DNA from: Bugula neritina | Lineage: Eukaryota > Animalia > Bryozoa | DNA length: 64,000 nucleotides | Reading direction: 5' to 3' | NCBI GenBank assembly: GCA_964035545.1 | Contig: OZ037767.1 | Location: 7,574,581-7,638,580, forward strand | Shown: piece after piece, positions 40,701-64,000 of the stretch | Layout: each line of letters opens with the position of its first letter | Position numbering within the stretch: the first letter of the stretch is position 1 | The notes under the pieces: generated by a model | Seen by the model: only the letters and a program-made list of their open reading frames with translations | Told to the model about the DNA's origin: nothing | Databases searched by the model: none | Made by a program: the position numbers and the translations under genes

Positions 40701-43700
40701 AGTGAAATATGATTGCTCATTGTTAAAAATATCATACGTTAGAATGTCAATTTTCAAAGATGAATAAAATTGAATTTTCTGAGATTGGTAATATAATATG
40801 TTACATCTTTTTAATAGATATAGTAAAATCAGTGAGAAAAATTTAAACATCATGTTTATATACAAACATATTAGGACAAGTTTTGCTTTGAGAGAATGAA
40901 TACTACAATTTAAGGGTAGATGATATTTTAGTATGAGCAGATAGAGCAGATTTGTGTTAATTTGTTTCTTTAACCACTCATGTCTTATTTTCTTTGGCAG
41001 ACACAGAATCTGATTTTCATTACATCATGTCCAAAGAAGCCTTTTATGTTACCAGCTCAACACTGTCTCCAACATCTGTAGAAACTACTGGCAATAGTTC
41101 TAATACAACCATCGCTGCTAGGCAAACATACTCAACTTTGAATACCTTCTTGCATCAGCAGACTGAAGAAACCACACAATTTACTAAAATAAACCCTGTC
41201 ACAGACACTATGGAACTAAATAATACTTCATTACCCAACAATGAAACGGTTGGAAAGGTTGTTTTAACTAACCAGTCACTTTCAACACTTAGTAGTCTTT
41301 CTGACATGCTGACTATCTTACCAGATAATACAAATTTAAGCATGCCAACTCTCTCACCAGCTAGTTCTACTTCAGACATGCCAACTATCTCATCTGCTGG
41401 TAATACCTCAGATATGCAAACTATCTCACCTGCTGGTAATACCTCAGACATGCCAACTATCTCACCCGCTGGTAATACTAGCTCATACACATCAACTATA
41501 TCACCAGCTGGTACTACTTCAAACACACCAACCATCTTACCAGCTAGTACCACTTCCGACATGCCAACCATATCACCAGCTAGTACAATGCCAACTATCT
41601 TACCAGTACTGAGTACTAATTCAAACATACCAACTATCTTACAAGCTACTACTTTAGAAATGCCAACTAGTTCACTAGCTAGCACTACTACAAGCATACC
41701 AATTACTATCCCAGTAACTAATACTACTTCAGAAATGCCAGTTATCTCATCAATTAGTACTACTTCAGGCAGAACAAGCATCTCACTAGCTAGTAATATT
41801 TCAAACATGCCAACTATCTCACCAGCTGAAACTTCCTCAGGCATCTCAGCTTCAACACTGACTAATGTTACTGAAACCATGTCAGCCACATTACCAACTA
41901 GTTCTGTTCCAGATATAGCACCATCCACAAATTTCCCTTCTGTAAATGACACTTCAGATGAGCCAAGTTCTGTAGCTACTTCAGTTTTAGCTTCTTCTGT
42001 TTCAACAATTGCAAACAGTCTAGAAACAGTTCAAGCTAGTTCAATTCCTTCAAGTCCAGACACTTCAACGATGCTAACTTACACAAGAGTCCCTCTCTCA
42101 ACCCGTGCTGTTTCAACACCAAGTAAGTTTAGGTGTTAGCTAAATGAAAATTTACTAAATGTATATGTGCTAAAGTCAAATTTTTACTTCAAAATATTTT
42201 CTGCTTAAATGAATTTTATGTTATGTAACATTCTGAAAGTGTTAAAAAGTTATTTTTATTGCTGTTGATTAATATTCTTTTTTAGCTTCTCAGGTTTTGA
42301 ACATATGTGGGTTTTATTAAAGACTGTGGTACAGTTATATTATTCATTTTTCAACACAGCAAAATGTTTATTAGCTTGTTTTTATATTTTAAACAATTCC
42401 TTAACTAAAAATTTCATAACTTTAATTATTTTTCATTGAAATTTTAGCTTGTGGTGGAACTTACAAAGAATATTATGGCAATATAGCTACCCCAGGTTAC
42501 CCAGATGAACTGGTATCACATCTGCATTTTGTGTATAATGTGTCTGTGCCCTATGGCAGTATTTTACTCAATTTTACGAGAATTTCTCTGGAAAATAATG
42601 GTTCTTGCAGTTACGCTTCCATTAAGGTATTAATTCAACATCAGGCTCAGAAATTATATTTATGGAAGAAAAATCTATGAAAAAACATTTAATTTGCTAT
42701 TGTGATATCATAGGAATCATTTTAGTATTTTTTCACTATAATTACTGAGTATTGATGGTTTTATTATGACCAGATCTATAATACTGAAAGTGATGACTTG
42801 CTTAAAGAAGTCTGCCATGACTCACCATTCTCCATGAACCTGGTGAACATAAGCTCTGTTAGAATAGTCTTCATAACGGATAGCAGTATGGGATTTAAAT
42901 GGTGGAATCTGATATGGTCTGGTATGTTCTGAGTTTTAGTTTGATCCACTAATGAGCAAGACATGACAGGTGTTTTAGCCGACTAAGTTTAAATAATAGT
43001 TTGAACATTTCTTAGGGTTTGAATATTTGATACAATTTGAAGTAAGCTCAGCTTTCTTTATTAAAGAATTAGAATAGCCCAACCATATCTTCGTATATAC
43101 CCATTGATTAAAAGCAAAATGAAAAAATTGAAAGCACTGACTAGAAACTTTACTTTCATACATTATATATATAGGTAACCTTAGAAAACTAAAACATGAC
43201 ATCAACTGTTAAAAGTTTCTAAAGTTTAGGATGACAAAATTTGAAAGCCTTAGTGTGTTTCAAAGTATGAAATTAGCATAGTAAATGGTTGATAGCATAT
43301 TATAAAGGTTGCATCTGCGTCATTGAGCTGCTCAACTGTCCAGGAAATTGGTAAATCATGCTTTTCGCAACTTAAAGTACAACATGTAAGTGTTGCCAGT
43401 GAGCTCTGTACACTTATTTTGAAACACTTCATTGGCCTAGTATATTAATAAATTTACTTAGAAATACAATTTTAGTAGCTTGTACTGAAAGATATTGCTT
43501 AATAGAAATAAACTAAGTACAGCTCTTAAACCTCATCACCACAGCTGTAAGTTTCCTCTCTGCACATAGTTTGAAACAATCGTATATTGTCTAAACTGCA
43601 TGAACACTTATGTCAATTTTCGTTAATTGACAGTCACTTTACAAGTTAGATCTAAATTATTATGGGTTTTACATTTTGTTCTTTTAAGTTCCATGCAACG

Positions 43701-46700
43701 GCAGCTTCTATGAAGACTATGGTGTTTTGGAATCACCTAACTTTCCGAACAGCTACCCTAGGAACTTCCTGTGTGAGTGGACTATTACCGTACCCCAAGG
43801 AAGGATAGGAATCCTCATCACAGATCTGAATGTTGAATATGATTCTCAATGTGACTACGATGTGTTACAAGTGAGTGGACAATTTAAACTAAAACTAATT
43901 AATAAATGCAGTGCAAGCAAAATATTTGAATATTAAATGCTCTACTAATATTATCTTTTAAACACAATTTTGTACAGGCAGCTATTATTTATAGCCTAAA
44001 TCATAATTTTATGTAATAATGGAATTTTACTAGTGGAGTTCAAAATTATGTTTTTCAGAATTTTAAGTAATAATAGCACAGGTAAAGATTGCACAGGTAA
44101 AATTATGGCCCATAGAGTTATGGTGCAAATGGGAGAGTAGGTAAAAATAGTACACTGATGTTAAATTTTCTCAAATTAACCCCAAACCTAAACCCCCATC
44201 TTTAAATCTAGACCCCAATTTCAAACCTCCAACCCCACTCCAAACCCTAATATTGCAATTGTGCAATTTTTACCTACTTTGCCATTTGTGCTATTTTTGC
44301 CAGTGCAATTATTACTTGTACCGTTTTTACTGGATTCCTTTTGTTAGTTTTCAATAACACAAGCCGAATGATAGTATTATATATAGTAATACTGATCTTC
44401 TCAATTGTTGGCACATGGTTACTGCTGTTTTTTACGTTAAATTTTAGTTCTCTGATGAATATACTGGGAATATTGTGGCAAGACATTGTGGAAGTGGAGT
44501 TAGATATGTCCAGGGGCTTTCAAATTCTATGAAAGTAAAATTCAAATCTGATTATATTCTATCATATTCCGGATGGAGGTTCCGATGGAATAGTAAGTCA
44601 GATATATGATGAAATATTCATTATTATAATTTATGCAGTTTATAGTTGAAATTAATTTTTTTCACAATTAATTTAAAGTTATCATATCAAAAACGCAGTA
44701 TTTCTTTACTTTTATTATAAATTGCCTAATTCAATATAAAGAAGTTGTCATCTGTAGAAGTTGTCAGGGCTGCAGTCTTAAACTAAAAATAAAACAAATT
44801 AAATGAATACCAATACATAATTTTGCACAGGTGTGAGCTGCGGGGACAACATAAATGCCGCAAGTGGTACCATATTATCTCCTAAGAATGGGACTGTATA
44901 TCCCTCTGAAACTCTGTGTGTCTGGACTATCACCATTCCAAGTGGGAAAATTCAACTCAACTTTACGGCATTTGATCTGGAGCTCGGTTCAACATGTCAA
45001 CATGACTCATTGACAGTAAGTTAATTAAATATAAAAATATATCTTATCAGCGATGCAATATGACACAAGACTACAGTAAACTAGGTTGGTCACTGCTTTA
45101 GTCTTTACTGGTGTCCCACTTAACTGTGCTTGCTAATTACATCACACCTCACCAAAACAACACCACCGAAGTTTATTTGCTTTACAACATGACCTGTTCA
45201 CCAGCACATGCTTTTGCCAAATATAGCTGTGTTATAGAGCTAGGACTTCACTGCAAGCACAATTTGTCTGCAAAAAATTCATGGGCACACTGCAAGGAAA
45301 AAACTTTGCATAAATTTTATTACACACAATAATGGTAATTATAGTGTACAAAAAGCAAATTTCATTATATTAAAAAGAGTTTACTATAATATTATAACTA
45401 CTGTAACTGTGCATGTTTTAAATTGATCCAATATTTATTCAATTTCTGGTAACAAAATGTTTGATAAATTTTACATTATCTACTGTAAATACAGTTACGC
45501 TATTGTAATTGGTAAACTTTTTTATGCACAGGTGTTTGATGGGGACAGTAAGCAAAGACTGGCTCATATTTGTGGTTCTTCAGCTGATACTTTACTGAGC
45601 AACTCCAGCACTGTAATCATTGTGTTTAGCACAGACAGTTCTATTCAAAAAGCAGGCTTTACAATGCATTGGCAAAGTAAGTAAACAAAATATAATAGAA
45701 CCAGTGACATATAAAATGTTGAAAAAACTTTTGACTTTGGTTGTCGAACAGTTTACTTTTTTAAAAAGCTTGGCTGTCTAAGCTTTCAAGCTTATATATC
45801 TATATTTTGTATATTACAGACCTGCTATACAGCAAATTACAGCCTAATTTTAGAGTGCTAACACAACAGCTGACTGGATAGTTTGAATTATTATCATACA
45901 ACCTAATGTGATTTGCAGAATGAATAAAATCTTTTTTTATTTGTTGATTCATTTATTTGAAACTGTTGTTGCATAAAAAAGATGAGATAGCTAGATCAAC
46001 TTTGATGACTTTGCACTTCCAAGGTTTCTGATTGATAATGAAGTGCCAGGCTTCAATCTAATATTGATATACATAGTAAACCTGATCCTGAACAATGCGG
46101 TTACTACTTCATTTCAGTTTTTCTAACAGACTCACAAATTTTCAATGCGGTAAAGAGCACTACATTAGGAATTCATATGAATTGATAAGGTGACTTTAAA
46201 ATCTCTGCAATATCTATTTCATAATCATTTATTACTTTTGAAAGAAACATTGCTTTTGAAAATATTTTTTTACTAATGATTCATTTTAGAGTTGTTAGCA
46301 TATATGTTTAAAAATGATTAGTTAAAATTATGAATAGTATACTGAAAGGTCGCTTTGCATATATATAATTATTATATAGCATTAGCTACATTAACTAGCA
46401 AACTTTTTATATGAATTGGTTTACTTGTATTTTACTAACATATGGATGAATTAGCTCAAATGTGTTTTCAGGCATAAATGCAAATGAGTGTGGAGGGAAC
46501 ATCTTTAATACATCTGGTGTTTTGACTTCTCCTAATTACCCAGGACTCTACCCACACTCTCTTGATTGCCATTGGAATATCACTGTACCAAATGGAACTG
46601 TAGGCATCATTATCTCACAGTTTTCTGTTGAGTATCACAGATATTGTGCTTATGATCGGCTTTCTGTAAGTAAAGTTCCTTTTGTTACTTTTATAAAAGT

Positions 46701-49206
46701 TCATATTGCTGCAAGAAACTGTAATAGCAAAATTTAGTTGTTGATATAGTATGAAAATAGTTCTTCAGTTGCTGTAAAAAGTTAATTAATGTATGATTTT
46801 CAGCAATAAGTTACATGTAAATAAACTGTAATTTTAAATCACTATTTTGTTGGCCAGCTGTAAAAGTTTTTTGGCAAGCATCATATAGTTTTTAAATTGT
46901 TTTAGTTATATGCTTAATAACTCACTATTTGTATAAAATACTTTCAGTTGCCTTGTTTAAGATACTAATTTGCATGTATAATTGTTTTAATTTAGTGAAC
47001 AACTTAAAAGTGTGCCGATTTGTTCATTTAAAATATATATCTCCTTCATTTTTTTAAAACTATCTAATGGCAAAAACTAAAACTAAGAGTCCCATCTTTT
47101 ACTGTCTTGAAACAATCATTTGGAATATGTTCTGGAGTAGAAGCAACTATGACCGGATGCACCTCTCTTCCTGACATCACCAAGAAACCTGCTGAGATTC
47201 AAACTCATTACCTATTATAATTATGACCTAGTTTGGCCATGACCTCGTTTGACCATGACCTAGTTTGACATTAGGGACCTAAAATGACTGTGTCCTGTAA
47301 TAACTATGACCTAGCATGATAATGACCTAAAATGATTATGACCTAGCATGATCAAATACTATTCTAACCATGACCTAGTTTGACTATGACCTAGAATGAT
47401 TAAAACCTATCATGACCATGCACGACTATAGTATGTATATGACTTGCTCAGTTGTATAGAATATATGCAAATTTATGCAAATGATGACTGCAATGCTGTG
47501 GTGTGCAAGTTTAATTGTTGTAATGGAATGTAATATCAATGCTAAAGCTTGTTTCCCCCACAACTTTGTTTTTTTTAATATTTATTATAATAGTTATAAT
47601 ATAACGTAGATGATGACTCTAAATTTACTTATGTTATGCAATTTTCACAAACAGCACATTTGTTCTACTGTGTGGAATTATGCACATTTTTAGTGCAGTG
47701 AAAGGGAGTAGTTGAAGGACTGCAAACAATAATAAAGTTGCATTTTAGTTTCGTGATGGTCATACTGGGGAAGTTATTAAAAGCCACTGTGGTTCAGGAC
47801 GAAGGTACTTAAAAGGAACTTCAAACTCTGTCATAGTGCATTTCAAAACAGATTCAGTTTCGTCTTCTTATGGATGGAAACTGAAATGGAACAGTAAGAT
47901 TAAGCAGTTTGTTAAGCTAATACGTAATGTAGTAAAGAAATATCTTTCAGATAATAGGTTATATTACATTATATTACATTATATTACATTATATTATTTT
48001 ATAATGATATCTATTATATTACCTTAATTAATAAGAGCTAATAAAATCAGAAATAATGAAGATGGGTACACACTACAGTGACTATGAACAAGATGTCTTT
48101 TTTTTCTTGACGCAAGCATTTGTGTGTTTAAATACATGCTTGCCACCATCTTAAAGAAAGAATTTTCTTGCTCACGCAAGTTAAATTCAGTTTTTAAAAT
48201 TTTCAGTCAATCAGAATACATAGGTTCTGAAATTCATGCATTTATTCTAAAACATTTTAATAGTGCAAAAACTAATGGCAAATTTTAGCCAGCTTTTAAC
48301 TGAGATGCTTCAGTGTTTTTTATTCCTATAATTTATGCAAAAATTAAAATTTCAAACTCTTATCTTTCACCATTTTTATAGGTATAACCTGTGGCGATGA
48401 TAAATTACATGACTATGGTTTGTTAGCATCTCCCAACTTTCCATTGAGTTACCCTCCTGACTCTTTCTGTCTGTGGAATATCACAGTTCCTGCTGGTATC
48501 ATTGCTGTCAACGTGACCTACTTAAACATTCAACAACAAACTTCATGCCTTGCTGAATCACTCAGTGTAAGTAAAACTTTAAAATCTTTTTTTTTCATGT
48601 TTCCCTCTGTTACTGCACTATCAAATTACTCTCTTCCTGTATATACACTACTGTACTATAAATTCTTTGTTAATTCCAACACACACACCAAACCAAACCA
48701 AACACACACACATACACACAAACACACACACACGCACGCACGCACGCACACACGCACGCACGCACACAAACACGCACTTGCACATAAACACGCACGCGCA
48801 CACACACACGCACACGCACACGCACACACACACACACACATACATGCACACACACACACACGAGTACGCGCAAGTTGATACATGTGAGTTTGTGTGTGTA
48901 TATCTTCTTTTTCTTCTTCTTTTTAGTTCTTTGATGGTCTTTCTGAGAGACATGTTCACACACACTGTGGCTTCGGACCAAGATTTATACTTGGGGAATC
49001 AAATTCTATCATTCTAATTTTTCACACGGATCAAGAAAATGAGAAAAATGGGTGGCTGCTACTCTGGACAAGTAAGTTCCATAACAGTACAATGTCCCTC
49101 AATGTTATTTAATTACAATATCATATTATAATACTTTTGTAGATTAGTAGAGCCATCATTACATTACTACTGTCTTATTTTAGGATATGATGAAATTGAA
49201 ACTTGA
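22781..49206 (+). CDS. Large secreted M12B (reprolysin/ADAMTS-like) zinc metalloprotease: signal peptide, prodomain, M12B, ADAMTS Cys-rich, 2x LDLa, CUB, FTP-like, CUB, mucin, 5x CUB; ~2,020 aa, ~36 exons
   Basis: Phase-consistent exons: 22781-22853, 23428-23717, 26333-26416, 26879-26996, 27639-27826, 29175-29252, 29525-29691, 30357-30400, 30651-30786, 31181-31336, 31917-32043, 32180-32372, 33306-33495, 34275-34405, 34590-34801, 35540-35690, 36800-36883, 37477-37530, 37991-38082, 38676-38763, 39301-39546, 39775-39807, 40106-40287, 40557-40701, 41001-42122, 42448-42626, 42774-42921, 43689-43870, 44448-44592, 44831-45015, 45532-45676, 46472-46665, 47749-47893, 48382-48566, 48927-49071, 49184-49206. 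Motifs: [37 protein letters not shown] plus Met-turn [37 protein letters not shown], and CUB SPNYP..YP...C.W.I.VP. Confidence 0.85.
24343..24415 (-). mobile_element. Terminal fragment of the same MITE family as 11974-12531
   Basis: TTAAGTTGCCTTTATACCTTCACGATTTTTGGTCAGAATTTCAATTTGGCCGGGTTGAAATTTCTCCGAG is the reverse complement of about 12340-12408. Confidence 0.75.
27410..27597 (-). mobile_element. tRNA-derived SINE (intronic)
   Basis: On the minus strand there is an A-box-like GCGGTCTAGGGGTTAGAGC and a B box GGTTCGAGCCC, followed by a non-tRNA body that recurs at about 21950 and 47135. Confidence 0.7.
30428..30470. repeat. (CA)n/(CACG)n microsatellite
   Basis: Directly visible, intronic. 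Confidence 0.9.
41341..41640 (+). repeat. Coding ~36-bp repeat ([12 protein letters not shown]-like) within the S/T-rich mucin exon 41001-42122
   Basis: Repeated ATGCCAACTATCTCACCAGCTGGTAATACCTCAGAC-like units in ORF 40994-42139. Confidence 0.85.
44075..44338. mobile_element. MITE-like element with subterminal inverted repeats and a CCCTAA-like C-rich core
   Basis: GTAGGTAAAAATAGTACA pairs with TGTGCAATTTTTACCTAC, and GCACAGGTAAA is repeated. The core is CCCCAAACCTAAACCCC..AAACCCTAA. Confidence 0.6.
47135..47212 (-). mobile_element. Truncated copy of the tRNA-derived SINE
   Basis: AGCAACTATGACCGGATGC..CTTCCTGACATCACCAA..GAGATTCAAACTCATTACC aligns with about 27483-27551. Confidence 0.55.
47215..47440. 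repeat. Degenerate ~15-bp tandem repeat (ATGACCTAGTTTGACC)
   Basis: ATGACCTAG/ATGACCTAA recurs at about 15-nt spacing. Confidence 0.75.
48678..48870. repeat. (CA)n/(CGCA)n compound microsatellite
   Basis: Directly visible; lies in the intron splitting CUB7. Confidence 0.95.
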
Positions 49207-50722
49207 GAATGAAAGCCAGATACAGGAGAGTTAGCTCCTCAAGCAAACTACTTTACTTTAACGTTGCCCTATTTCATTTACTATGCATAATAAAGCCCAT
49301 GCCATTAGTACACGGATAATTTTTTACCTGAAGTTTTACAACATTTCATAATATATTATTTTCATACCACATGACTTCATGTTGAACTCTGATTGCTAAA
49401 CATTTTCTAATTAAGCTTTGATGTATGTAAGTTGGCTGCTTAAAATAATGGTTATTTAGGCTTCTTATTCTTTTCCATACATGTATTATTTATGCTGTTA
49501 TTACAGAATGGGTCATTATTGAGATATTTATGTAAAATACAAATGCTGCCGTACATAAGTTTCCTGAGATTTTTAAATAAATAAAAGAAGTCACAATTTT
49601 TTTACTTAAATCACATAAATATTACTATATTTTATTCTAATTTTCTTTTTGTTGTAACAATATTATGATGATAATTATTATTAATTTACACAAAATGCAA
49701 TAAAATGTTTATTCTGCAATTGTACTTTTAAGTATGGTAATATTGTAATAGAAATAATGTCAAGCAGTTCAAATGAACATATTGTGAAAAAAATGAAACT
49801 TACTAATTTTATTGCAGACGTTTTTTACTGCAATTATTTGAGTCTTAATACTTGTATAGTGCTATTGTAGAGCTCTTTGAGTAGAGTATACTTTGTGTAC
49901 TCTGCCACTATAATCTTAGTTAGAAGATACAATTTAAGCAATTTCTGTGCATGAGAGCAAGCTGCACACACACCACTTATATGTTGCACACACAAAACAT
50001 ATAACAATTTTTTATTAGAATAAAAAGCAATTTATTACATCATAAAGTAAGTAATAACAGGAAAAGTTAAAAGCAGTAGCAAGAGAAGTTAAATTAGTAG
50101 CAAAAAAAGTTAAAATTTCAAAGTGAATTAAAATTTGAGTTTTTTTCTATTAATTGGCATAAATTTCAAGATACACATATATATTTTAAATATTTGGTAA
50201 TGCTTATGTTAATGCATTAGTAATAGTTTTCAATATTAAATAATATAACATGTAATTAGATAGAGCAATATTATTCAATGATCGCTACATAAAAATTATA
50301 GGCTTTTAAGCACAATTTGCCTGTAACAAATTGAAAAGCGAAGTCCATCTTTTATATTTTTAAAACATATCACTTTGTGTATACGGCAATCAATAATATT
50401 GTTATGTGTGTTGTAAAGCAGTAATCAAAAAGTAACACAGATACATTATATTGTTTTAAAAAATAGTATATATGCGTTAATATAAAATGCTATCCAAAAG
50501 GTGAAAATATAAAAACATGAAAGTTAAAAAGTCAATTGAAGATATAATCACATGTATAAAATAACAATGATGCTTGGAATGTTAGATTTTTAGTATAAGT
50601 AATAAAATAAAAGATAAAAGTGAAATGTAACTAGAGCTTACTGTGATGTTAGGAATATAATATAAGATCCCACCCAATCATATTTCAGAACCAGCCCCCC
50701 TCCCCCTGCGTAGACACTGCGG

Positions 50723-64000
<13,278 letters not shown>

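Noticed and set aside
41155-41952. 265-aa antisense ORF
   Set aside because: Shadow of the repetitive S/T-rich mucin exon, with no independent evidence.
48567-48926. His/Thr- and Cys/Val-rich ORFs
   Set aside because: Products of an intronic CA/CGCA microsatellite; only the flanking CUB exons are coding.

Overview
AT-rich, intron-containing eukaryotic (probably marine invertebrate) genomic DNA, with no prokaryotic operons or CRISPR arrays. Five spliced genes were rebuilt by hand from GT-AG sites and reading-frame phase. (1) An 88-aa secreted chitin-binding (CBM14/tachycitin-like) peptide (+, 5825-6543). (2) A MacroD1/2-type ADP-ribosylhydrolase (-, 7880-13335) whose first coding exon is tandemly duplicated. 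(3) An intron-poor P-loop sulfotransferase-like gene (+, 19137-21372). (4) A ~36-exon, ~2,020-aa secreted M12B (ADAMTS-like) metalloprotease with 2 LDLa, 7 CUB, an F-type-lectin-like domain and a mucin stalk but no thrombospondin repeats (+, 22781-49206). (5) The 3' part of a tandem-domain receptor tyrosine phosphatase (-, 50723 to beyond 64000). Between and inside these genes are a mariner relic, tRNA-derived SINE copies, MITE-like inverted-repeat elements, a long AT-rich palindrome and simple repeats. All gene models are manual and lack transcript or database confirmation.
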